Source: Eledone cirrhosa (taxonomy: Eukaryota). From it: a stretch of 64,000 bases of DNA. The translations under genes were made by a program, and so were the position numbers. Positions 1 through 12,802 of the stretch are shown here, piece after piece. The stretch is taken from the NCBI GenBank assembly GCA_964016885.1, contig OZ024751.1:38564001-38628000 (forward strand). Direction: 5' to 3'. The notes under the pieces are model-generated. The model made no database searches, had not been told where the DNA came from, and saw only the letters and a list, made by a program, of their open reading frames with translations. Position 1 is the stretch's first letter. Every line of letters begins with the position of its first letter.

Positions 1-959
1 TCAATATCTAATTTCAGTTAAACGGAAATATTTTAGGAATTTGGTACTTGAAAGAATTTTGATTTTAATTTTATTATCGTTGTTTTTGACGTATTTTTGG
101 TTGTCGTTGTTGAAAAAATTAATAACATTTTCTTTTTTCATTGACACATTTTTCTTTCCCGACTTTATATTTTCTTTCAGTTTTTCTTCTCATTTTCTTT
201 CTTTTTTGGATCAACTCATTTCTTAGTTCACATGTGACTGTTTCGTTTCAATTAACAGACTCGAAGATAGAGAAAGATGTTCGAGAAGACAAGTTAAAGA
301 GTGTATTAATTGATCGATCGACTGGCATATTGATTAATATTTAACGTGTAAAACGAGTTGAAGAAGAAAGAAAAACAAACTGTCTTCTGGAAATATTCGG
401 ATTGATAACTTTCAGTGGTAACTTTTTTTTAAAGAAAATTTAGTTCACAGTGGAAAATACAAGCTTGTATCCTTCTTCCTGTATCTGATTTCTCAAAAAA
501 GAATATTATTTAATAAAGAAGAGTGTAATGTGTATGTTTTAGGTTGAACAACCTTTCAAACTTTTACCCTGCATGAAACCCCGTTCATATGGTCATAAAA
601 TGTTTATCCTTTTGCACAAAGAATTTTGTTCAGAATCTACTTCGTTTGATAACGGTGCATAAAATATGTTTAAACACTTTGACTTTCGTTATCGATACCA
701 CATCAAATAACATGCTAGTTATCATCCGTTAGTATTGTAACTGAAAGCAATTATATTAGGTAAGGATATAGAATACTGGGGGATATCAATTTTCATTTTA
801 TGGAATATTACGTTCGAAATTCCTAATATTTGTATTTCAGCGCTGTACTTTTCACGATCATCGTTATATTACTATTAAATACCTGAAAACAATATTGATT
901 TTCCTGTATATTTTAAATATTATTATGCATATTCACTAGTTTCAAAATAGCTGTGTAGA

Positions 960-1235
960 ATATAAGGAGGAGCCAATTACATTAGAAGACCCCAAAGATA
1001 ACCTTAACGATGTTACAAAGATGAAAATCAAACAGATTTTGACGATCACCAACAATAAACAAAGATTTGAAAAGAACATGCAAAACGTTGCACAACCTGG
1101 CTTAAATCAAGGAGAAAAAAAGAACAGACGATAAATCTTGATATCAGCAGCCACGTTCTTCTCTCAAATACAACTCAAGTGGACGCTTGTTTAACGCAAA
1201 TATCCCTGTTTTCATTCATCAAAAACACCAGCATA
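960..1235 (+). mobile_element. Highly decayed 3' end of an RTE-like LINE ORF
   Basis: Frameshifted fragments read ..RCYKDE.., ..LNQGEK.. and SGRLFNANIPVFIHQK. These resemble the RTE C-terminus (RYKD motif, then a CGRxFxxxIGLxSHxR zinc finger). There is no intact ORF. Confidence 0.4.
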
Positions 1236-1531
1236 TGAATTAAAAGAAATTAAGGAAAGGAACCCTCTCTTAAATACTCTGAAATGAGGACGTTCTCAGG
1301 ACGACGAATCCTCATTGAAGTGGGTATTGAAATGATTTTACTTCACACGTACACATACCTGGTAGTAAGAAGATCTCAGGGGACCTAGACAGCAGAAGGT
1401 CTTCCGAGAAGAAACCCCCTTCTAGCGTTTCGGTCCTATAAATTGTCATTGAATCATTAGAAACGAATTAAATTATTGTGAATAGAAATTTCATGAAACA
1501 CTGTTTGTTGGGAATCACCAACTGTTTAGAG

Positions 1532-1727
1532 TAATAAATGTTTCTACTTTTTCGCACAAGGCCAACAATTATCACAGTGCATTACTGGTACTTTATTTTA
1601 TCGACCCCGTAAGGATGAAAGGTAAAGTTAACCTCGACGGGATTTGAACTCAGACCGTAAAGGGAAGTAACTATGCTGGAAAGCATGGTGTCCGACCCTC
1701 TACCGATACTGCCAATTCACCTACGCC
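1532..1727 (-). mobile_element. tRNA-derived octopus-type SINE (family S1), full length
   Basis: The reverse complement has A-box-like TGGCAGTATCGG, B-box GAGTTCAAATCC, body ..ctttcatccttacggggtcgataaaataaagtaccag.. and 3' end ggccttgtg..aaagtagaaac. It matches many other copies in the window. Confidence 0.9.
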
Positions 1728-1737
1728 ATTGTTTGGA

Positions 1738-1910
1738 ATAATAATTGTTTCTACTTTTGGCACAAGGCCAGCAATTATCCCAGTGTATTACTGGTACTTT
1801 AATTTATCGAGCCCGTAAAGATGGAAGGCAAATTAACCTCGGCGGGATTCGAACTCAGAATGGTAAGGGCCGTAACTCTATGCGTCCGACCCTCTACCGA
1901 TACTGCCAAT
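1738..1910 (-). mobile_element. SINE S1, tandem with the previous copy, small internal deletion
   Basis: Same consensus; the segment between two gcgtc repeats is deleted. Confidence 0.9.
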
Positions 1911-2195
1911 AATGATGTACTAATACGATTGATCATAACAGATAAATCTAATCAGTGTATTTAACTGTGGTTAATTATTCTAGATAATTGCTAATATACA
2001 ATATTAAGATGCGACATTGTTCTTGAGTATCGAAATAGATAAGACGAAATATACGGAAAGACATTAATTAAGTAAGCGATATTGTATTCCATCATACCCA
2101 AACGATAACGTATCTTAGTCAAGTTTGACATATTACCAAGTCGGAATTTGTTCAGAAATTGATATAGAATATCACACACATGTATCTCTATATTT

Positions 2196-2386
<191 letters not shown>

Positions 2387-3739
2387 ATTATAAAAAATGA
2401 TACACAAATGTAGAAATATATATTTTGTGGGAGTTGAAATGACAGAGTGATGCTCTATGCTATGAAGCACCAGATCTCTCATGCCCTTTAAATAATTATT
2501 AATATATTACAAATAGTTAATGTTTTGAGAAATAAACAAACATTATTCAAAGACCAATATTACTGAAATTACGTCGATAACTCGAGACGTTCTGCTCGTG
2601 AGTGAATTACAGATTTGAGCATGCTTGCCATAGAATGCTTCAAATGTGTGTTCCATTTTAATGTAAAATAGGCTGAATATCATTAGGAAAGATAAATGTA
2701 TAGATGCTTTCTGTATGGCGGGTATGATGCCTTTAAAGACTGTAAATACTTTGTTAGAGTAGAACAGATTTTTAAAAAAGCCTTAATAAGTGACTAATAT
2801 ATTTATTTCAGAGTATAGACAAGGTTACGGTATTCTACCCGGGGAAAGAATGTATACATGTCATTTAAGAAAATATATGCATGCACCATTTCCGTGATGA
2901 CTAATCACGTAACATAAAACGGGTTCAGCTTTTGTCTGATAATATTGATTACTAAATCATTATAATAATATCGGTTAAAATTGAATTCCTTGTCCCATTT
3001 AATTAATTTATAAAATTAAAGGTTACCTAAATTAAAAATGTCAGACGCATTTTAACAAAAAATATTTGAAGAATAATTCAAAAATGTTCAATTCTATTTT
3101 GAGTGTCATCCTTTCATTGGTGTCCTTTAGGAGAATACTTTAAAATTCATTAAAAAATGTTAGTTTCATAGTTGATAAATAAATTATACTCACATTACAA
3201 ATATTAATATGATCGTACACAACACTTTTACAAATTTATTACCATCTTTCGTTTGCCTCAATGTTATGTTATGAATTTATGATTATAAGTCTGTATTCAT
3301 TTTAAGAGCAAGACCATAAATATAATTAGTTTCATATGGAATTTAATCAGAATCAAAAAACACACACCAAAACACAAACAAATAGACAACAAAACTAATA
3401 ATAACAGTTATTGCTATATGTCTAATGAAATGTTTTAGAATTTTACTGAGAAACGATGAGAGGAAAAATAAAAATAAATATTTTAAACAGCGGCAGCTAT
3501 TGAGTGCAGAATCATTTAATTAAAAATAATGAACATAAAAAGAACGCACACACACACGTTTCTCTATCTATTTCTTCTACACCCTGAATAATATCATGCG
3601 GGAAATGTTTTATAATTAAGTAATTTATGTAAACATGATTATAAGCAATAATGAAATTATACATGCTTCAACCTCTTATACACTAACAACCAAAACAGAC
3701 ATATTCATCTCTTCCTTATTTTCTCTCACACTCTCTCGA

Positions 3740-3766
3740 TATATATAAGTTATATATATATATAAG

Positions 3767-3842
<76 letters not shown>

Positions 3843-3944
3843 CTTATATATATATATATATATACATATATAAGTTATATATATATATATATATATAAGT
3901 TATATATATATATATATGTATATATAACTATATATAAATATAAG

Positions 3945-4042
<98 letters not shown>

Positions 4043-4073
4043 TAATATATATATATATATATATATATATAAG

Positions 4074-4118
<45 letters not shown>

Positions 4119-4168
4119 TAATATATATATATATATATATATATATAAGTAATATATATATATATATA
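3740..4168. repeat. Long interrupted (TA)n with recurrent aagt/aagtaat interruptions
   Basis: Seen directly. Confidence 0.95.
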
Positions 4169-4507
4169 ACCATTTATGTTCTTCTATCTTTCAAACTATT
4201 TGTCTATATACATAGACTTATGATCATTGTTGTATGTAAATATATATATATATGTGTGTGAGAGTACGTGTGAATTATATATATATATATATGTGTGTGT
4301 AGTAGGTTATAGGAGTTTCTGTGTATGCATTAAATAGCTATGAGTTATGGTACTAACATCAACTGAAACAGCATATCGACAGTAAGGAGATATGTATACT
4401 GCAAGAATAATATGGACATTTTCCATTGGGGTTTCAGATATTTCTCGAATTAAAATTAAAATCCATGGTCAGACATCTCTTATATAAATTAGATGATCTT
4501 CACCTGT

Positions 4508-4653
4508 TATAATGGTTACCGTCTCTCCTGTTAAGGCAGTGTCCTGTAAGATGTGCATTGGTGAAATTATATATATATATATCTATATATATATATACTA
4601 TTTCATCAATGCACATCTTACAAGACACTGCCTTAACAGGAGAGACGATAACC

Positions 4654-4659
<6 letters not shown>
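4508..4659. repeat. 60-bp inverted repeat around a short (TA)n spacer
   Basis: 4508-4567 is the reverse complement of 4600-4659 with 3 mismatches. Confidence 0.9.
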
Positions 4660-4720
<61 letters not shown>

Positions 4721-4741
4721 CTTATATATATATATATATTT

Positions 4742-4832
<91 letters not shown>

Positions 4833-4834
<2 letters not shown>

Positions 4835-5338
4835 GTTTTGAAACTTTTTCTTATTTGCTAAACCTTGATTATATATGTTCTGGCTCGTTAATTTATTAAC
4901 CTGCCATTGAACCACATTGGCATATGGTTAGACAATACATGTGTCCCTAAGCGCTTTGTGCGTGTAGGGATATATACTTTATTATTAGTCTCCTCTTGGT
5001 CGAGAAAAAAATTTGGTTGTTCTGACTGCTGCTAGTTATAGCGATAGTAGACTGACCCCCCTGCCTTTGCTTCTATCTTTACACACGGCACTTGAAGGAA
5101 TTGCATCCACTTCATTTATTCTCATCTCTGGAACAATTTTGAATAGCGCCAGTTCGTAATTTGAACTCGGGAATTTTATATTCTCCGAGTGAAAAGATTC
5201 TTCTGACGAGAGTTCATCTTTGCAATGGACTGTCCATTTTCTTTTGAGACTCGAAACCGATTCGGTAAAGGTAACCATAGTGAGTAAAGTTATTTTTTAA
5301 AAGTTTATTTGAAACTTTTTCTTATTAGCTAAACCTTG

Positions 5339-5341
<3 letters not shown>
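4833..5341 (+). mobile_element. Hammerhead-bearing non-coding element in (TA)n (family H1; Penelope-derived or retrozyme-like)
   Basis: Flanked by (TA)n. A 34-bp direct repeat tttgaaactttttcttatt(t/a)gctaaaccttgatt lies at 4837 and 5308, there is an internal hammerhead, and a lone copy of the same 3' end occurs at 43547-43593. Confidence 0.65.
5199..5271 (+). ncRNA. Type-I hammerhead ribozyme motif with long helix II
   Basis: tctt-CTGACGA (5203-5209)-gagttca...tgagactc-GAAAC (5253-5257)-cgattcg-GTA (5265-5267)-aagg. Helices I, II and III can all form, and the GUA cleavage triplet is present. Confidence 0.75.
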
Positions 5342-5431
<90 letters not shown>

Positions 5432-5432
<1 letters not shown>

Positions 5433-5570
5433 GTGGTAGAACACTGGAAGGTAATATCCGTAGTGGTAGAGCACTCAGTCCATGGGACGAGTTAGGTCGA
5501 AGTGGTTACACAACAGTTAGTTCACCATACCGACAACAATTGTTTCACCCTAGCGGATCCTCAACTCGTA

Positions 5571-5573
<3 letters not shown>
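5432..5573 (-). mobile_element. 3' end (pLTR) of Penelope-like element family H2 with hammerhead, in (TA)n
   Basis: The reverse complement is nearly identical to 12353-12492. It contains ttgagga..GAAACaattGT with a palindromic helix III. Confidence 0.8.
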
Positions 5574-5632
<59 letters not shown>

Positions 5633-5634
<2 letters not shown>

Positions 5635-5822
5635 AACCAGTAAGACCCCGACAGCTGAGCTCAAGCCGTTTCGACGGCTAATTCTGGACTAAAATTAGCC
5701 GTCGAAACGGCTTGAGCTCAGCTGTCGGGGTCTTACTGGTTCCTATTACCCACTCTACTACCTCAAGTATTGAGTACTTTGGTGCGTTATGGTCCACCTG
5801 GTTCCTTACCACATTTCCTTCG

Positions 5823-5824
<2 letters not shown>
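5633..5824 (+). mobile_element. Palindromic (TA)n-embedded element family P, copy 1
   Basis: Perfect inverted arms of about 51 bp (5633-5683 / 5693-5743), then an ~80-bp tail ending ccttcgtt-(AT)n. Six other copies lie in the window. Confidence 0.9.
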
Positions 5825-5877
<53 letters not shown>

Positions 5878-6210
5878 ATTCTACTCCACAAACATGTCTA
5901 AATTATTTTAAATTGTGTTTCATCTTTTAGTTCATTCAGTACTCTATAGTGGGTTTCAGTTCGATCTACTAATATAACAACATGATCTGCCCTCATCATA
6001 CATTTTAGTACTTTCCCTTACATATCCCATATACGCAGACTTGGCACCACACAGATCAATAGAAATGATTTCTTATGTCCAATGATATGTAACCAGTATT
6101 AAATAGTAGAAGTTATGCAATAGTATCATATATTCATTCCTATAATTGTATTGAAACAATCATACATCGAGTATATATTATTGCTTTGATATAATAAATC
6201 ATTATGTTTA

Positions 6211-6320
6211 AATCCCGCCAAGGTTTACTTTGGCTTTCATCCTTACGAGGTCGATAAAATAAAGTACCAGTAATACACTGGGGTAATTGCTGGCCTTGTG
6301 CCAAAAGTAGAAACAATTAT
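6211..6320 (+). mobile_element. 5'-truncated SINE S1 with target-site duplication
   Basis: attatgtttaaat at 6201-6213 and 6316-6328 flanks the SINE 3' half. Confidence 0.9.
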
Positions 6321-8136
6321 GTTTAAATAAAGCTTGAGAATACAATTATGATAGTAAACTCAATTCCTTTAGTTCATATAATCATATTTGAACACTATAA
6401 CATAAATGAATTTCAATAGTTTGATAAATGGACAATAAGTGGTTATGCTAACATTTATTCAATTCGAAACGGTCTAAACTAATATGTCTGGAATCCATAA
6501 AAGAATATAAATATATACTTGTATAACTACAAGCACCAACCGCTATATATACTCGCATAGTTATTTCCTGTTTCTACGTTTCTAGATAACGTGCAAAATT
6601 TTTGACTATGTTTTAATTAAATAGAAATGAAATCTTATCTATCTTTATTTATGATCCCCAAAATATACATTCTCAAATTGAAAAATCACAACAAATATTG
6701 CAGCATATAAAAAACATTACATATATTCAATTCTTCGAAACATCACATCGAATTTATTATTGAATAAATCATCACACAATTGCGACTGCAAACTTTGCAG
6801 CAAATATCATGGAATGTTTTAAATAATTTTTCTAAATGAATTTATCGAATGGAATGTTAAGATTCTACCCACAATATGTAAAATATATAGATGTATGTCG
6901 TGATACTTGCTCTTAAACCTGTTCTTAGATGCATCAGTCAAATTAAAGTGCTGCACGACATGTCGTTAACTTTTAAGATGTAGATCCATTAAATAAATTT
7001 GGAATCCACAAATGTCGTGGAGAAATGTAAGGAATTTGAAAAAAGAGAAACGTTTTTCTTCAATGAGGCAATAGTTGTGTTTTTCTCCTGCAATTTTGAT
7101 AGCTGTCAAATATTTTTTTTTTCTCCAACGCAAATGATTATAAATTGTTTAAAGCTACATTTTGTGTGTATAGAAAATGGAATATATTTAGCTACTATAT
7201 CACAGATGTTGATTTAGAATGATCATTAATATCTAAGGAAGAGTCTTCTTACGATTATATATGTGTAAGTAGTATGACTTAGACTACTTTTGGAAGGCTA
7301 TCATTGATAAAATTGCTTACTGTTCGTGGGTTAACTAACTATCGATATAGTTATATAAGTGTATCTTATGCACTTGACAACAGTCGCTTCATATTGTTAA
7401 ACTATAAAACTGGTTAAAGTTAATCCTTTGGAAAGTAATGTTAAATGTCAGATTTGGGCTTTCTTAACAATTGATTAAACGGACACATAAATATACCGTA
7501 ATAAATAGTTTTAAACACTATAAACATAATCTATTCTGTCTAATGTTTCTAGGTAGCTAAGTTACAAAGTGGAAACTCCTTTGATGGTTTCAGTGAACAA
7601 TAAGAAGAACGTGGCTTAACATTGAGAGAACAGCATTGAGACCCTAAAATATAGGGCGCATAGAATGGATATTTAACGTAAGCACATACACAAAATCTCT
7701 AAAAATAATTTCATACAATCTCACAAGTCTGAATATTTTTGTGGGTGGAATTAGTCGAAAACCTGACGCAGTATCTCATTTGTAGTTTATTTTATGGCAC
7801 CCTGAATTGATAAAAACCAAGGATATCCCCGTTACGATTTCAACAGAACACAATGACTCAGAACAAATACCAAGACTCTAATGATATTGTTAAACCATAA
7901 AAAATAATTTGAAGAATGCATCACTAAGATGCTTAATTTCAGCAAAAGAAATATTAATTTCCATAAATTGGTCACAAGCATAATAACAGTAGTTTAATCA
8001 TGACAGGCACAACAATGAGATCAATAGTAATACAACTTTAATTCCTATTTTACTATTGTAGACTCATTAATCAGGTATAATAATACTATTGTCATATCAT
8101 CCTCATTGTTATTATTGTGTCTAAATTAAAACTACC

Positions 8137-8205
8137 ATTATTATTATTATTATTGTTATTATTATTATTATTATTGTTATTATTATTATCATCATCATCA
8201 TTATT
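8137..8205. repeat. (ATT)n/(ATC)n trinucleotide repeat
   Basis: Seen directly. Confidence 0.9.
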
Positions 8206-8431
8206 TTATCAATGAAATTAATATTTTCCGAAATCTTTGCCGTCCAACCGGTCTTATAGGAACACATTTGGAAAATATATGTGTATTTGAAGACGAATTT
8301 CTGATAGGAATACATTTATTTATTTATCTATTTACTTAAATCAGATTTAGATTAAAAGTTGCAACTGAAGAATATACATATACACACACATATATATAAT
8401 TATACATACAAATATATATATATACACACAC

Positions 8432-8507
<76 letters not shown>

Positions 8508-8514
8508 TATATAC

Positions 8515-8626
<112 letters not shown>

Positions 8627-10327
8627 TATATATATTATAATTCTATATAAAAGATGAATAGAAAATTTGAAAACACACCGACATTAATACACGATTTATT
8701 CGTTACTCATATTTTCAGTTACTGTTATAGCGATGATTTGTTTTCCTCTTTTGTCTAATTCTTGCTTTAACTGCTTTTAATAGATTTTGTTTTAGTTTGG
8801 TTTCCATTTGAATTTTGTTTTGTTTTTCTAAATGAAAATGAAAGATAGAAATTAATTTGATAACGAAGGAAGACATTTCGAGTTAAGTTCTCTCTCTCAG
8901 TAATTTTCTTTCTTCAATTTAGATGTTATTTTCTAAGATCTTAACGATAAATTGCTGTTAATAAAGTCAGAACGAGTTTGAATTATGCTGCAATAAAATG
9001 CTATCAAAGATTTATCTTTGTATTAAATCACAGAATCGTCTTTGTGAATGGCAATCATCAGTTGACTTAGATAAAGAATTGTAAAAACTAAAAACAAAAC
9101 TAAATAAAAAATAGCAAAATAAAATAAAATAAGGCTACGAAAAGTTGATTTATTGATGGTTTGGAACAAAACAAAATATAATAATGAATATCAAAACAAC
9201 AAGAGAAATAATCACTCACATAGAAAAAACAAACAAAAACAAAACAAAAACATTACAATTCTGACATAAAATTTTATTTGATGCAAAAAGGACAGAGATA
9301 CAGTGCAGAATATTGTGTTTTATTACACTTTGCAGATCTGTATCAATAATCGTAAGAGATTGTTTTGACATACAGTTTGAGAATGAGGATAACAATTTTA
9401 ATTGATTTCAATGACTTCATTGTTGTGAATGCGTACTATATGATCCTTTTATCTTCCCGCTCTCTTTGCATCATCGTTTAATAGCAAATGTGGTTACTGT
9501 TTTTCAGCCTGCAGTTACTATTTAGCACTTTTGGTAAATTTGTAAGATATTCCAATCAACAGAACTGATCATGATCATTTTGGTCTGGAATGTTATCTAA
9601 AGATCAATAATCGAGAATTATATTGCAGCACATTTTATTTTCATTCAATCGGAATGTTGTGTTGTAATTCTCGTTTTCATGATTCAATATATTCCATGTT
9701 TTATGTGTTCCATGTTTTATGTTTTCGTGTTGTGTTTATTGGGAGACAAACACAAAGGAAATAATTCTATTTTACGAATGAATACATTGCAACAATTATA
9801 AACATATATCGAAATTTAGCTGAACAAGAGGTAGCCTGAAGTTTAACTGACTCAGCTAATCGGTTTCAATTGAGGTTTGAATACGATTAAATTTATTTCA
9901 GATGAGGATGAGAAGCCATTGGAAGAGTCAAGCTATCCGCAGTATCCTAATCGTCACGAACTAAATGATTGAACCGGAGCTAGTTTGATCAAAGTAGTAC
10001 AAACTTGTTATAATAGATCTATACGCATGATGCATATTGCGGGTGTATTTACTCGATAATATATTTTCAATGACGTGGATAAATATCTACGTGCATTTAA
10101 TCAGAAATAAGAACACGATATCATTTGTGTAGAATAGGAATGGGTATCGTGTACTTTGGAAAAGGTTTCTTTTAAATTTCTATTTTAGCTATTTATACGT
10201 TTTAAATGTTGACGTTACTGTTTCTATTCACACGCTTCCTATATCATTTTAAAAGTTCTCAGCCGCAATTAGACTATATCTTGCACAAAGGTCAAGAATT
10301 ATTAATATGTCTAACTGTACTCCATAT

Positions 10328-10546
10328 TAGATATACCAAACATGCGCCCCGCGGACTGCATGCGGCTCTTTACATGAACACCTGCGGCTCGCATAAAAGT
10401 TTTTTACAGCGTGAGCATGTTTTATCTTCGTAATATAAAATTTAAAATAATTAGTTGTAATGTGCGACATTAGTTGTTATGTGTAGCCCTCAGACGACAC
10501 ATGTGGTCCATGTGGCCCTCTGGGAACCCTCAGTTTGACGTGACTG
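10328..10546. mobile_element. Decayed hAT-superfamily MITE
   Basis: Ends ..ccaaacatgcgccccgcgg.. and ..gtggccctc..cagtttgacgtgactg resemble hAT/Charlie-type termini with GGCCC subterminal motifs. The 8-bp flanks ctccatat / cttcatat match 7/8. Confidence 0.6.
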
Positions 10547-11886
10547 CTTCATATATTCTTAGTTTTATGGAATACTTAAATTGTGTCTCTCATTATTTTG
10601 TTTTTAAAAGACATTGTCATTTAGCTAAGTGATCTCACCTCTAAGGGTTAACATTATTTGATGATTTTTTTTGTTCACTATAGGCATTGTTTTACACTTT
10701 GTTTATTATAATTCCACTTCCGAAATGATCGATATCGGCTGGACAAGTCATATATTATTCAGTTACAATGTAAGCTCTTATTTATATTCACCAAAAGATC
10801 ATTGAGAGGTAAGTTTCAAACACCGAGAATAGAAAAATATGGAATAAACCATTCATAACTCTTGTTTAACATTAAAACCCCCAACGGAGGAGGGGTATCT
10901 AAAATCATTGAATATAGTAGTGGGTTGTATTAGATTCTAGATTTTACTGGTTTCGTTATTGACTTTAAATTGAAATAATAAACAAAAACCTTTATTCAAA
11001 GCTAGACTAAATATGTTTACCTATACTCAATTTATTCAGTACACGGATTGTATATTAAAAATCGCATCAAGTTAATTTCTATCAATAAACTTATTGCGTA
11101 AATATTTATAAATATATTTATTATCTGAACTATTTATTTTCTTCGTAGTTTATGTTTTCTAAAGATGACAATGCAATAAACAGTGCTAACACAATTTATT
11201 TCATAGATTTAATATCCCAGTAGTCGAAAATATGAAAATTAATAACTAATTACTCATCTGTTGATTGCATTTCAATTGCTTTATTGTTTTTTTATCTAAA
11301 TTAAGCAGAATTAATAATTGACAAATATTCAAAGCCTTCAATTCTAACGTTGAAAACAAAGACTAAATTAATTTGGACGTTAATAATGTTTGTACATTAA
11401 CTTTTAAACTTGGTTTCTATCAAGTTAATACTATTTATTTATGAAGTGAATTCGATTAAACGATGTTCATTATAAGCTTTACTGAATAATGAGAAATTTC
11501 AATATAAAAATGAAATCAAATATTTGTAACACTTTCAACAAGTTTACTATATTGCTTGCTATTAATAACTGTATGAACCAAATTGTGAATATAGTGCATA
11601 TTACCAGACTATATATTCAAACGTAAACAGGCTTACACACAGACGCATAAATATATGTATATCTATACGCCTAGATAACACCATTAAAGCCCCAATAAGT
11701 CCTAAAACGCTCAATAAGCAACTTAAAACGAACGTCAAATTGTACCCTGACTCCTGCCTGATCAAACCGTAATCACCTTCCGAATTCGGCAGATCAAATG
11801 TGAACTAACCATTCTCCCAAACATGGCTTACGAGTCCGGACCACAATAGCCAACACCCCCACTCACAGGCACACACACACAAAGCT

Positions 11887-11920
<34 letters not shown>

Positions 11921-11921
11921 C

Positions 11922-12489
11922 AGAAGTGGTTACACAGCAGTTAGTTCACCATACTTCAATGGACTCAAGTATAGACTACTCCATTCAATGGAAAGCCATC
12001 ACTAAGTCCAAGTCATACGCAAGGGGAAATCCGTCGTGTGGACTGTGTATTGACGAACGAATAAATATTATAAAGAGATTATGCAATAGTGATTGCCTAA
12101 CACGATAAATGGATTTTTTCACACGTTGTCCACACGTCTCGAAACACCTATTGCATAACTACAAAGCTCCGGATTGAATAAATTATTGTAACAACAGCAA
12201 TATTTTTTCTTATCAACTAAAAACTGTTCGGACTTTCGCAGTTATCTCCCTTACACCTCTCGCACTCATTTTAGTATTACCTGTGTGAAGTGACGTGTTT
12301 CTGCGCATGCACGTTCGTACGGTTGTACTTCCTGTTCCGTATAACCATGCCTATTACGAGTTGATGATCCGCTAAGGTGAAACAAATGTTCTCGGTATGG
12401 TGAACTAACTGTTGTGTAACTACTTCTACCTAACTCGTCCCATGGACTGAGTGCTCTACCACTACGGATATTACCTTCCAGTGTTCTAC

Positions 12490-12492
<3 letters not shown>
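11922..12492 (+). mobile_element. 5'-truncated Penelope-like retroelement (family H2): inverted pLTR piece, GIY-YIG endonuclease C-terminus, 3' pLTR with hammerhead
   Basis: 11959-12177 translates DYSIQWKAITKSKSYARGNPSCGLCIDERINII..CLTR*MDFFTRCPHVSKHLL. This matches the W..CxLCxxE..LNxRxE..CxH C-terminus of PLE GIY-YIG domains. 11922-11954 is an inverted copy of 12395-12427, and (TA)n lies on both sides. Confidence 0.8.
12345..12400 (+). ncRNA. Type-I hammerhead motif (C3U core variant)
   Basis: ccatgc[ctatta]cgag-TTGATGA (12361-12367)-tccgctaaggt-GAAAC (12379-12383)-aaat-GTT-ctcggtatgg. Helix I is bulged, helix III minimal and helix II weak. Confidence 0.6.
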
Positions 12493-12543
<51 letters not shown>

Positions 12544-12694
12544 TATATTGAGTTAGAAACTCAAAATAATCTTTTACAAATAAATAGCTCAAGGAAGGGA
12601 ATCTTTCCGAGCCGTGTAATACAATTGAATATATGAGAGGGATGAACACCGATACAAGTATAAATGTGTTCGAATTGTAAATGACCAAGTTAGC

Positions 12695-12802
<108 letters not shown>

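Noticed and set aside
5633-5824. CRISPR repeat or bacterial REP/terminator interpretation of the palindromes
   Set aside because: The context is eukaryotic, the copies are dispersed, and there is no repeat-spacer periodicity or cas gene.
9902-9972. Short frame DEDEKPLEESSYPQYPNRHELND after a tttatttcag acceptor
   Set aside because: It is too short, with no recognisable homology or partner exons.
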